A stretch of DNA of 64,000 nucleotides from Macrostomum lignano (Eukaryota), in the NCBI GenBank assembly GCA_002269645.1, contig NIVC01002598.1, positions 1-64,000 on the forward strand, given 5' to 3'. The position numbers were made by a program, and so were the translations under genes. Of this stretch, positions 1 to 10,057 are shown piece after piece. The notes beneath the pieces are model-generated. The model had not been told where the DNA came from and ran no database searches. It saw only the letters and a list, made by a program, of their open reading frames with translations. How positions within the stretch are numbered: position 1 is the stretch's first letter; each line of letters opens with the position of its first letter.

Positions 1-476
1 TTGCTTTGGATGGGCTGTTTTGTCCATAAGGTTGTAGAACTCATTGATGAAAGGTCTTTTTCTCCCCGTTTGTAGCTCTCCCTCAGTGTTGCTGGGCATT
101 GCGGCAGTCCGTTTCTCGATCTTCTGATCGCCCATTGGACTTGGAGATGTCGCCGTTGCTGTTCAGTGGCGGCGCTGTTCCTAATGTTCATCTCCTTCCG
201 ACTGCCTTGCTTGGTTCTGCCGATGTAAACAGTGGCTTGACTAATGTGTAGGTCGTGAGCGGCTCATCGATGGTGCAATCATCCACTGTGTCTAGCTCCG
301 TCGAATACATCTGATCATCCGAAGGGTGGGTTGAATATTTGTGAGTGATTAAATAGTGGCTGCTTACGAGTAGTGCAAAAATATATTCTAAATATCAGAG
401 CGCACACCAACAGAGGAATGAATATTGTTTAAAATGAAAATTGTCCGTCTACTTCCTCCCTCCTTGACTTCAAATG

Positions 477-833
477 TCAAGGAAGTTTCACTTTGCTCCT
501 CAGATTGTATTTTTCGAGCTGTGTCGGCCTGCGCGTCCAGCTCTCTGCCTGCACGCTCACTTCCTTTGTGAATCGCTGCCTTGGCTGTCGCTGGTGGCGC
601 TGTGGGTCGCTCGGTCTGAGGTCAGGAAGCATCACATGTGGTGTTGATGTGGCCATTGGTTTCAGCCTGTCGGTGTGCACTTGAAAGGACTCCTGATTTG
701 GATCGTCGATTTTCCGGATTGTGACTGAAGTCTGACTGCTCCTCTTCACAATCTCATAGGGTCCTGTAAATTTAGCTTGGTGCTTTCCCTGTCTCATAGG
801 AATTTGCAACATAACTCTACTCCCTACTTCCAA
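477..833 (-). CDS. Integrase C-terminal GPY/F region (third frameshifted piece)
   Basis: VGSRVML..KFTGPYEIV..VHTDRLKP motif typical of gypsy integrase ends. Confidence 0.85.
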   Translation of the reverse strand: MEVGSRVMLQIPMRQGKHQAKFTGPYEIVKRSSQTSVTIRKIDDPNQESFQVHTDRLKPMATSTPHVMLPDLRPSDPQRHQRQPRQRFTKEVSVQAESWTRRPTQLEKYNLRSKVKLP

Positions 834-2425
834 TGTAGTCGGTTTGCGGTTTTCATTTGCTTTTCCGGTATTCTTTCTTGTGCGACCTGTAGGTGGTGCC
901 TCGCTATCTCTCTGGCTAGTGTTACAGCTTCTTTCATTCTAGCTGCAAATGATGGTTCATCCATGTACTTTACCAAGTTCAACTGAGTAGTAAGTTGAGT
1001 AGGCATCAGAGGTCGTCGGGCGAAAACTAACTCGAATGGCGAGTAGGTCGATGATGCTTGCTTTGCCGTGTTATATGCAAACATTGTCGCCTGCAGGTAC
1101 TTATGCCACTGGTCTGGATTCTCGGCTGTGTAGTGGCGTAACATGTTGTGCAGTGTGGAGTGTAACCGTTCCACATGATTCGCTCGAGGATTATATGGAG
1201 ATGTCAAAATATGTTTGATCCCCAATATCTCTAAGGCTTCGGCTAGTAGAGTCGCTGTGAAGTTCTTTCCATTGTCCGTGGACATCTCAATCGGGATCCC
1301 AAAAGTACAGAACACTGTGAATAGTGTCTCTGCCGTCGTTTCAGCTGTAAGATCTGGGATCGGAATGGCGAATGCGAATTTCGAAAAGCAACAAAGAATT
1401 GTAAGAATGTGTGTTACTGTTTCATTTCTCACTTTAGTGGGCACCATTGGACCCACTATGTCGACTGACAATTTGTCCATTGGTCGCATTGGGATCTCCG
1501 AAAACTGAATCAGTCCCTTATGGGTTTTTCCTGATTTGTTCCTGGCGCACTCTATGCAGTTATTGCAGAATCCTCGGATGTCGGATATCATGGTAATCCA
1601 GAAGTAGTGTCTGCGGATTCTCTCTAGGGTTTTCTCAAATCCCAAATGTGCCGCTAATGGCAATGCGTGTAGTGAATGGCAAATGGTCTCACGATACTGA
1701 AATGGTAGGATGATCTGTTGTGTCTGATCCGCTGTTCTGTGTAAAACTCCTCCAATCTCCGCGTAGTCCGCCATGTGTCTATCGATGTGGCGTCTGTACT
1801 TCGGGGCCAGTGATTCCACTGCAGATTCTCCGTTCCACATCGCTCGGATTTGTTGGCAGAACGGGTCTTCCGCCTGGGCGTCCTTGAGTGCTTGTAAGTG
1901 TGGGATTGGATGTGATATTGTGACATAATTGACTTGGTCCATTGGTTTCTCGTCGTATAACCTTGAGAGTGCGTCCGGTACCGCATGTGTGACTGATGCT
2001 CCTGGTACATATTCGATCTGTATTTGAAACTGCTGTAAGTATAGTAACCATCGCAAAATTTGGTTGTTCTGCAGTATTCTGCCTGTGAGTAAGCCTCTGA
2101 GTGGAGCATGATCTACTCTCAGTAGTGTAGGTATGGGAGCGGCGTATAAGAACTGTTCAAAGTTTCTGAATGCATGGTAGACTGCTAAAAGTTCGAGATG
2201 AGTGATTCCGTATCTCGTTTCGGCGTCTCTGAGTTGTCTACTCGTGAATGCTATCGGTCTCTCCCGTCCCATCTCATCTTTCTGCGAAAGCATCGCTCCT
2301 ATTCCCTTAGTTGAGGCGTCACTCGAAACGATGAACTGCTTACTGAAATCCGGGTGTGCTAACCTGAGGTCCTCGCTATCCATTTCTTCATAGCCTCGAA
2401 AGTGTAGTTCGCTTCCTCGGTCCAC
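824..2425 (-). CDS. Gypsy RNase H and integrase (frameshifted continuation)
   Basis: LAHPDFSKQFIVSSDAS, ELLAVY, VDHAPL, DALSR; H-x6-H..C-x2-C zinc finger; VDIVGP, TDNGKNF, VERLH. Confidence 0.93.
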   Translation of the reverse strand: MDRGSELHFRGYEEMDSEDLRLAHPDFSKQFIVSSDASTKGIGAMLSQKDEMGRERPIAFTSRQLRDAETRYGITHLELLAVYHAFRNFEQFLYAAPIPTLLRVDHAPLRGLLTGRILQNNQILRWLLYLQQFQIQIEYVPGASVTHAVPDALSRLYDEKPMDQVNYVTISHPIPHLQALKDAQAEDPFCQQIRAMWNGESAVESLAPKYRRHIDRHMADYAEIGGVLHRTADQTQQIILPFQYRETICHSLHALPLAAHLGFEKTLERIRRHYFWITMISDIRGFCNNCIECARNKSGKTHKGLIQFSEIPMRPMDKLSVDIVGPMVPTKVRNETVTHILTILCCFSKFAFAIPIPDLTAETTAETLFTVFCTFGIPIEMSTDNGKNFTATLLAEALEILGIKHILTSPYNPRANHVERLHSTLHNMLRHYTAENPDQWHKYLQATMFAYNTAKQASSTYSPFELVFARRPLMPTQLTTQLNLVKYMDEPSFAARMKEAVTLAREIARHHLQVAQERIPEKQMKTANRLHWK

Positions 2426-3036
2426 TTTAGGTTGGTCTTCGTTGCTTGTCCTTTTGAGGTCGGTGCCCCTTTGAGCATATCCGTTAGCGGTTGTACTTTC
2501 TTGGCGTATTGTGGGACATGCTTCCTAAAAAAATTGCATAGTCCGAGGAATGCCCTTAACTGAGTCACATTGTCCGGCTTGGATACCTTTTGTACTTTAT
2601 CCACCAAGGTACGATCTATCTGGATGCCGTTCTGGTCAATCTTGTGTCCCAGGAAGGTAATGCTGGGTTGCGCAAAACGACATTTCTGGAGTTTCAGCTT
2701 TAATCCGTGCTTTTTCAAGGCTTCCAGAGTACTTTTGAGTGTCTTTAGGTGGTGTTCGAAATTTTCCGTGAATACTAGCAAATCGTCCACATATGTCGAG
2801 ACTCTTTCGATGTCTTTGAGGATGATGCTAGCCGCTCTAGACAGGGCGGCTGGGCTCGACTGTAATCCCATCGGTGCCCTTAAGAAGACTAGAGTTTCTC
2901 CGTCCGGTGTAGAAATCCCGCAGTATTTTCTACTGTCCTCGTGTAGGGCCACTTGAAAGAATGCCTGGGCCATGTCTAGAGTCGTGAAGTACTTTGATCC
3001 TTTGAGTTTGGCCAGCAGATCTGGAATCCTGGGCAT
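2359..3036 (-). CDS. Gypsy reverse transcriptase core (frameshifted continuation)
   Basis: MPRIPDLL..FTTLDMAQAFFQ..PMGLQSSP..YVDDLLV..FLGH..RAFLGLCNFFRKHV. Confidence 0.93.
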   Translation of the reverse strand: MPRIPDLLAKLKGSKYFTTLDMAQAFFQVALHEDSRKYCGISTPDGETLVFLRAPMGLQSSPAALSRAASIILKDIERVSTYVDDLLVFTENFEHHLKTLKSTLEALKKHGLKLKLQKCRFAQPSITFLGHKIDQNGIQIDRTLVDKVQKVSKPDNVTQLRAFLGLCNFFRKHVPQYAKKVQPLTDMLKGAPTSKGQATKTNLKWTEEANYTFEAMKKWIARTSG

Positions 3037-6000
3037 ACACTGCCTCTCGGGACCAACAATCGTTTAAGTCCCTGAAGTCCACACACAGGCGATACACTGG
3101 TTTAGCTTCCGGTGACTCCGATTTTTTCTTGACTAGGAGAATTGGTGAAATATACGGTGTCGGTGCTTTCATGAGAATCCCTTGCATCTCCATTCTGTCT
3201 ATCACCTTCTTCAGTTCTCCTGTCAGCTGGTGTGGAATAGGATATCTCTTGTTCAGCTTCACCTCCACATTCGGTTTTATGTGGAGTTCGTGTTTCGCTA
3301 CTTCTGTAAATCCTATCTCGTCATCTGAGAGACAAAATGCTTCCTTGTTCTCCCAGAGGATTTCTCTTAGTTGTTCTTTCTGCTCCTCTGTTATCTCGGC
3401 TCCCTGCAGATTAATCGCATCTCTAAATTCTGTCTCTGACATTGCCGGTGCCTGTTCCTGATTCGCGGCTATTTCATATGTCTCTATCTCTGTCTCATAT
3501 GAACCTATGGCTGTATCCGGGTACAGAGTGATCGGTCTGGCTGATTCGTTGGATATAAGAACCTGTACTTCTCCCTTCTCGTCCGGATGTACTATCTCCT
3601 GAGTCATTCCTATCGCCTTCTTCTCGGTGATGCGCCTATCTGGCTCGAAAAGTACCGTGTCAGGCAGTTCCTCCTTTGAGTCGGTTCTGGCTGTAATTTG
3701 AGCTGTTTCCCATGGATTCAGGTTTACCACGGAGACTAGTCTGATCTTATTTGTGGCTTCTTGGGCGGCGACTGTCATGATTTCATACGATCTGCCATTT
3801 AACTGCATCTGTTGCTGTTGGTAATTAATAGACATACCCTTCTGCAACTGACTTAAGTAATCAATTCCCAAGAGTGCATGATATCTCCCAGAACTCAGAT
3901 TAGGAATGACGTGAAACTTAACGTTGGCGATTGCGTCTCCTGCTTCGACTGGTAACGTGATCATCCCGGATTGCGTGAGTTTTCCTCCGTGTACTCCTTG
4001 CAGTTCTGTCGTCGGCTTCTCGAAGCTGTCACTGTATCGGCGCGCCGTCGCTTCGTCTATCAGCGACCTCTCTGCTCCGCTGTCTATCAGTGCTCTGCAG
4101 ACTCGCGTGCCTATCTTCAGTCGCGTCACCGTGTACTTCTGGCAGTTCGTAATTGCTGCCACTATCGGCGGTGGCCATGAGCTGATCGTCGGATAAATTG
4201 ATGAAGCCAGTGGAGCAGACGGAATCATCGGTTGATGCTGTTCCTTATTTGTGGCTGGTGCCTCTGGTGCTGGGCGGCGTGGGCCCGTGTGTCTGTAGTT
4301 AGTGTCCGTGCTTGGCTGTACTAACAATTCGTGTTGTTCTCGCGTCGCCTTTATCCGTCTTTGAATTGCCCGAATTCCTGGTCGCTCGTACTTTTTCCGA
4401 TAGAGCCTGTGACAAGCTATTATGGTTTTGAGTATGATGCAGAAGTATACCCAGAGAGCGGCAGCTCCAACGGCTATGTTGAAAATATTGAGTTTTATGC
4501 CTATCCACGGCATCCAAGATGCGAAGTCATAAGTTTTGAGGGCTATGTTTGCTTCCAATGGTGGGAGGTCGAGCGTCTGTGAAGTCTTCTGCTTTGGTAG
4601 TTTAAATACCGTTCTCAGAAATTCTCTCTGGTCCTTCATCTGCGTGTACAGATCGTGCACTGTAATTGGCCTTCGGATTTCTTCTATTTTAATATCTGTT
4701 TCTGGTGTAAAGATAATCCGTTTGATATTAGGTAATTTCATAGCCTCTATTCCCCAATCTTCGTTCTTCAATTTCTTTACCTGTATAAGTTCGAAGCTGG
4801 TGAAATTTGAGTCGACCTTGTACACTTTGTCCTCTTTGGGTAACAGGTATCCAGTTCGATTCGAACAATCCTGAAAAGTGGGGTGTTCCGTCTCAATTTC
4901 CATGGTTCTTACGTCCAAAAATCCTGTACGGTTGGTCTCCGCTACTTTGTACTTCAGCGGAGGTTTGGAGAAACATCGGCTTTGATTCCAGTATGGTTGA
5001 TGGAATTCGAAGTCGGTCACTGGGATGCATTTGAAGATGACAACATGCTGAGCTATCGTTCTGGCCTTGAGGTGCTCGTCTTTGAACAGTGTCCTCACCG
5101 CTAGTGTTGGTTGCATCCTTATAAAGTCTTTAATGTATCTAAAAATGGTCTGTTGGAGTCGGCATTGCTGAAGGATTACATGACGAGTCAGATCACCAAT
5201 TCTATTTTCCATTGTAAGTTCAACACTCTGTAATTTCACTGCTAGAGTTTCCTGTGATACCACGTCTCTCTTTGCCCTCTTTGCTGTGCTCGAGTTATTA
5301 AAATTACCTTGTACTATCGATAAGAATTCTGCTTCGGATCCTTCTAGTTTAACCAACTTTCCTTGTTCTGACCTGAATAGTTTAGTTGTCGTTCCTCCGC
5401 ATTTCAGCTCCATTGAGTGTGGTGGGTGTTTAAAAGTCAAAGCGTAGGTAGCGTCCTTGGACATGAACCATCCTGTGTGTATGGTTCCTTCAATTCGCCT
5501 GTCTTCCTGGTACGGGCAGTCAATTGCGGCGCTGGGTGTCCAGGCATATCTGTACTGGCGTTCTCCAGCGACCTTGAATTGTGTGTCGTAGTATCTCAGA
5601 GCTTCCCATAGTTTGTTGGGTACTTGTCTCTCCAACGGTGCATCCTTCTCGGCCTGTAGAGTGGACTCGTGAAGACATTTTCCTATGGTGTAATTGCAAT
5701 GTCCTAGTGGGATATATAGCGATGACATTTTCTTATTCTCCACGAAGAACGGAATTTTCGTTATCAGCGTGGACGCGGATTTCGTATATCTAGTTTGGGT
5801 ACTAGCCGTTGGGTCGAATTCCTCTGTTGTCCAGATGTGAGTAGTAAAGCGTTCAGCTTTGTTCGGGGCTTTCCCATCTTCTTCAAGGATGCCATCTGGA
5901 GTTCGGTAACCTTCCTCCCAGGACTCACAATCTTCCTCTGAAACTAGATGTTTCTGCACCGTAACAGTCATTTCTGGTCTTATCACTTTAGCGGCAATCG

Positions 6001-7852
6001 TTTTTAGTGCTACGCTGGTGAAGACATACGTTTCTCGGTAACAGATCTTGAGTGTTGATCGGTGAGTGACCTGGTTTGGTCTAAAGATTGTCAGGTTGAT
6101 CGGCTGTCGGTGCTGCTGTATGCTGCTAGGCATCTTGCACTCGATGTCCGGTGGCAGCTTGAAGATCTGTGGCCTGGAGGGCTCCGGACAGTACATCGGT
6201 GTGTCCACCCAGTTCTGGTGTCTTGGGTTTATCGTCTCCGCCGTGGTGCAGAGCAATGCGAAGAGTAGTATTTTTAGCAGGAGTGCGCATATCGGTCCGG
6301 CTGGTGCCTTCCAGCCATCACTAGCCTTTCTAGCCCTGTGCTCTCGCTTTCGTCCTTCGAGCTGTGGAGCGGTCTGAACTAGGGCGATTGTCGCCGTCTT
6401 GTTCTTCCTGTTCTGTCGTCTTGCTTGTATGACGTCGCTTCTTGTCCTTGTCGGCGTTGTCTCTTCCGACGTGCTGACTGCCAAGATATGTGCTGTCTGG
6501 CTAGACTCACTCGCCAGTTGGGCTGGCTGCGGACTGGGGTCCTGGACCGTGACTTCAGCGATCCGCTTTGGCTGCTGCCATTGCTGTTGATGCCGTCCTT
6601 GATCACCCTGGCGTTGTCGGCCGCATTCCGTTGTCCAATGGTTGTGCATGTTACAGTTCTTGCAATATCGCTGGCCTCTGCACTCCTTTGCAAAGTGGCC
6701 TCTCTTTCCGCATTTGTTGCACTTAATGTTACCTCGATCTTGTCTGCCCTGTGACTGCACTTGGCCCCCGGTATTCTTACCGAGGTTCCCGTTCCTTTGG
6801 TAGCACTTGTTGGCTGTGTGGCCTATCTTGTCACAGAGTTGGCATGTCGGCCTCGGATTGCCGTCTGGGTACTTGGTTGCGGTTTCCTTCTGTGGCTGTT
6901 GAGCTCGATCTTGGGTGCGCCGGTCCGCTTGCCTGATTGTAGTCTCCATCTGTGCTACCATGGCTGTCAGCTTGCGTACGTCGTTGGAGTCCTGTTCCAA
7001 CTCTCGCAATGCTTGCCATTGAAGTGCTTCGCGCACCATCTCCGGGACTGTCTGGTAACGTCCTCTGGCTAGATATAGTCGCAATGCCGGTGTGGCATTC
7101 TGTTGCACGTGCAGCATAATGTGGTCCTGGACTATGCGTTTGTTGCGGTTGATTCTTGCGCCTCTGTCGTTCTCATTCTCACCCTCCGGCGCTGGTTCTT
7201 GGAACACTGAGTTCTCGACTAGTTGTGTGATGTCGGCGATGAACTTGTTAACATCCTCTCCTGGATGCATCCTCCTCATGGAAAGTTGGAGTACTGCCGT
7301 GGGTCGGTCCATCGCTCCAGTGTCATACAGCTCTCGGAGTTGCGTTCGCACCCGTCCGTAATCCTCTCGGACGGCTTGTGGGAGTCCTGCGTATTGATTA
7401 CGTGCGTTAGGGCGCAACATAAGTGGTAGTAGTCGGCACTTCTCTTCGTCCGTTAGACCATATGTCGCTGTCTGGAGCTCGAATTCAGTCAGCCATTTGA
7501 CAAATGGCTGTCCCATCTCGTAGTCTCCTGCCGATAACTTGAGAGCCTGGACAATGGCTGGTAGGTCCCTGCCATGTACCATGGCGAGACGCTGCTGTAG
7601 TTCTCGGACTTGGTTCTGGAGATCTTCCATTGTGTTGTCCTCGTTGTCCGAGTCTGATGAATGCTCGTTGTTGTCTTCCCACTCGTCGTTGTGGTCTTCT
7701 GGCTGATCTAACTGGTCGTGTGACAGTTGTTGCTGATCGGCGTCTCCGGGTTCTGGAGTTCTGTTAGTACCTGTTTGAATGTCTTGGTTTAGATCTCCGT
7801 TATTCATATGCTGATATTCCGGTCTATTAGTTCTTTGCGGAGTTGGCCGCAA
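2930..7852 (-). CDS. Gag-Env-protease-RT(N-terminal) polyprotein, 1640 codons open (first ATG at 7807)
   Basis: ORF track. Gag has three CCHC knuckles (about 6803-6844, 6680-6721, 6623-6664); Env about 6295-4411; protease DSG about 4073-4081; RT start PYISPILLVKK..RLCVDFRDLN. Frameshifts out near 3040. Confidence 0.93.
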   Translation of the reverse strand: MRPTPQRTNRPEYQHMNNGDLNQDIQTGTNRTPEPGDADQQQLSHDQLDQPEDHNDEWEDNNEHSSDSDNEDNTMEDLQNQVRELQQRLAMVHGRDLPAIVQALKLSAGDYEMGQPFVKWLTEFELQTATYGLTDEEKCRLLPLMLRPNARNQYAGLPQAVREDYGRVRTQLRELYDTGAMDRPTAVLQLSMRRMHPGEDVNKFIADITQLVENSVFQEPAPEGENENDRGARINRNKRIVQDHIMLHVQQNATPALRLYLARGRYQTVPEMVREALQWQALRELEQDSNDVRKLTAMVAQMETTIRQADRRTQDRAQQPQKETATKYPDGNPRPTCQLCDKIGHTANKCYQRNGNLGKNTGGQVQSQGRQDRGNIKCNKCGKRGHFAKECRGQRYCKNCNMHNHWTTECGRQRQGDQGRHQQQWQQPKRIAEVTVQDPSPQPAQLASESSQTAHILAVSTSEETTPTRTRSDVIQARRQNRKNKTATIALVQTAPQLEGRKREHRARKASDGWKAPAGPICALLLKILLFALLCTTAETINPRHQNWVDTPMYCPEPSRPQIFKLPPDIECKMPSSIQQHRQPINLTIFRPNQVTHRSTLKICYRETYVFTSVALKTIAAKVIRPEMTVTVQKHLVSEEDCESWEEGYRTPDGILEEDGKAPNKAERFTTHIWTTEEFDPTASTQTRYTKSASTLITKIPFFVENKKMSSLYIPLGHCNYTIGKCLHESTLQAEKDAPLERQVPNKLWEALRYYDTQFKVAGERQYRYAWTPSAAIDCPYQEDRRIEGTIHTGWFMSKDATYALTFKHPPHSMELKCGGTTTKLFRSEQGKLVKLEGSEAEFLSIVQGNFNNSSTAKRAKRDVVSQETLAVKLQSVELTMENRIGDLTRHVILQQCRLQQTIFRYIKDFIRMQPTLAVRTLFKDEHLKARTIAQHVVIFKCIPVTDFEFHQPYWNQSRCFSKPPLKYKVAETNRTGFLDVRTMEIETEHPTFQDCSNRTGYLLPKEDKVYKVDSNFTSFELIQVKKLKNEDWGIEAMKLPNIKRIIFTPETDIKIEEIRRPITVHDLYTQMKDQREFLRTVFKLPKQKTSQTLDLPPLEANIALKTYDFASWMPWIGIKLNIFNIAVGAAALWVYFCIILKTIIACHRLYRKKYERPGIRAIQRRIKATREQHELLVQPSTDTNYRHTGPRRPAPEAPATNKEQHQPMIPSAPLASSIYPTISSWPPPIVAAITNCQKYTVTRLKIGTRVCRALIDSGAERSLIDEATARRYSDSFEKPTTELQGVHGGKLTQSGMITLPVEAGDAIANVKFHVIPNLSSGRYHALLGIDYLSQLQKGMSINYQQQQMQLNGRSYEIMTVAAQEATNKIRLVSVVNLNPWETAQITARTDSKEELPDTVLFEPDRRITEKKAIGMTQEIVHPDEKGEVQVLISNESARPITLYPDTAIGSYETEIETYEIAANQEQAPAMSETEFRDAINLQGAEITEEQKEQLREILWENKEAFCLSDDEIGFTEVAKHELHIKPNVEVKLNKRYPIPHQLTGELKKVIDRMEMQGILMKAPTPYISPILLVKKKSESPEAKPVYRLCVDFRDLNDCWSREAVYAQDSRSAGQTQRIKVLHDSRHGPGILSSGPTRGQ
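4411..6295 (-). CDS. env: Envelope glycoprotein segment, class III fusion protein (herpes gB/chuvirus G-like), embedded in the polyprotein
   Basis: Internal signal sequence ICALLLKILLFALLCTTAE, about 12 Cys, several NxS/T sequons, furin site RAKR (about 5268-5284), gB-like QQCRLQQ..RMQPT..CIPV..CFSKPP..GFL..DC, and TM segment IFNIAVGAAALWVYFCIILKTIIAC. Confidence 0.85.
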
Positions 7853-10057
7853 ATGATATGAATGTAAATGATGCGTATTTAATCAGCTTGACTTCAACAA
7901 AGTAGTTTGTCAGTGTGTGCTCTGATCTATCTAAGATCTCACAAAGTTTTAATTGGAATTCAAATATGAGAAAAGGGGTAGAGGTGTCGGATACGTTTCC
8001 GGCCAGGTGGTGCAGTCAATATGTAAATTTTCTTGCTTTTTGCAAATAAATGAGTGCATTTTTGTCTCGCTTGTCGTAGATATGCGCGAGGCTAAATAAT
8101 ATGGTTGCAGCATTTTATACACATGCACTCTTAGCGACCAAGCATTTTGCTTTTCCGCTTTCCGCCTTATTGGCTAGTTGGGCTATGCATTTCAATCTGC
8201 TTTAAGAAATGCCTCGAGGTTGTCTCATGGACTGGCTACCTAGGTTGGGGGCACAAATACTTACCCTGCCACGCTGTGTAGTAGATCATCAGCGCTATGG
8301 GCGGGCTGTCACGTTTGCTGGGGAGCTAAGTCAGATAGACGCAATGCATAGTGCCTAAGTGAGTTCTTCCCCCCTCTGTGTCCGCGCAGTCCTTAGTGCC
8401 AAGAGTATAACTCTCCTCAGAAGGTCTACTATCCTACTGAGCCTATTGAAGCGCGCTATAACAATGAAAAGCCCTATACGGTGTACTTTTAATGCTGCAA
8501 TTCACTTGACAGGTCCTTTACCTGTGATGAGTCGGCCGGCTCCTGCAAACGCTCCTTTAGAGCATAAGCTTTAATATGTGATAATGCTGGTCAGCGCTGC
8601 CTGAATTCTTTAAATGAGTACACCTTTCATGATAATTCGACCATGGTCCTATTAAAACAACTTCCTGGTAGCCCCTCGCTATTGATGTGCGGCCTTGGTG
8701 ATTTGCTTCACCAGCCGCTAAATATTTCTCTTCTAAGGAAAATCATACCGTAACTTTGTACATAACTATTCTACTTTTTTTGTTTGTTTTTAGAATTTTA
8801 TCGAATTTTTTTGAGCTTTTTCAATGAGAAACGCACATGTCCTCTTACGACACGATGTATAGTTTACTTAGTAGAGAAACAATTGTATGACAGCACTCAT
8901 CCTGGCCTTCCGCGTTCCTTCCTCCACCGTCGGAAATTACTCAGCCATTACTGGTCGATGTCGTCAGGTTGAAAAGTGTAGACTGCTCGATAGATGACTC
9001 GTAGGTCTGGGAACCACGTATAGCGCTTCAAGTTTTGATGGTTCTTGTCTTTACTTATATTTTTCGTATAATTGGTCTAGCGGATTATTGCAGTCTAGAT
9101 GTCTTGAAGGCTATAACTCCCTAACGACTATCGACACTCAGTATACTGGCTGGCTGTGATGATCTCTCGGGATCCTTATCTTAGATTCTACTCAAGAAAT
9201 AACACAAACACTATGAGTTTTCTAATGTGTTTAACGTAACGGAATTCAAATAGAATCTCTAACTGACTCGCGCGGCGATTCTTTTTCCGCGCTCCGCTCC
9301 GATATATATAATGTCTTTAAAACCCTCGATCCGAGGGGAAGAAAATACCATAGCAACAGTACGCATGGGAATTTGGGGTGAGTGAGGTCGCAGCCTCGAG
9401 TCTAGTACCGTTATTGTCATTAAACTAGTTGGTTGGCAGGCACGCCAACCCCTTTTCTTTCATCGATCCCGCCTTCTTGTGCGGACTCGGCCTCCTCTCG
9501 ATCTCGTTCCCGATCGGGTCCGGGCGGCTCCAGTTTCTGCTGGGTTGGGTCGATGCAGGCAGCTGCAGGTCGGGGTAGGCCGGGTTGATTCCGGGAGCTC
9601 CACGTCAGCACAGCTGCGGGTCCGGTCTCAGGCGGTTCCACGTCAGCGCCTCTGCGGATCCGGTGTCAGGCAGCTCCACGTCGGCACAGCTGCTGTCATG
9701 CCGAACCGGGCCTGCGCTGAAATGAATAGTTGATCTCTGGGGGCGGATTTTGTCTAATCATTCTCCTTTTCGCTTGCTCGCACTTTCTGCTGTTGCTATT
9801 TTTGGTTTTTAGCTTTCTGCTAGCGAACTCTTAAATTCCGTTCAGATTTCTAAGTCTTATAATTTTTACCTATTGACTTAAGAAACTTTAAATCATATAG
9901 CCTTTAACAAAAATTGTAACTATTTATTGCTTTTTTAAATCTAATTCTAGTTCTAAATCTAAAATCATATTTATTCTACCAGTTAGTCAATAATTTTATA
10001 ATTTCTTCTTTTTAAAGGTTAAAGCACAAGGACTATCAAAATTTATTCACAAGGCAA

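Larger units (their letters stand above)
477..7852 (-). mobile_element. Ty3/Gypsy LTR retrotransposon internal region with gag-env-pro-RT-RNaseH-IN order; LTRs not resolved in window
   Basis: Four overlapping minus-strand ORFs reconstruct one polyprotein: CCHC knuckles, aspartic protease ALIDSGAERS, RT (LCVDFRDLN, YVDD), RNase H (SDAS, ELLAV), integrase (H-H-C-C, D-D-E) and a GPY motif. RT-RH-IN order is gypsy-type. Confidence 0.95.

Noticed and set aside
1-330. Extra accessory ORF downstream of gypsy pol
   Set aside because: Only short open frames without recognisable motifs, running off the window edge; cannot be supported
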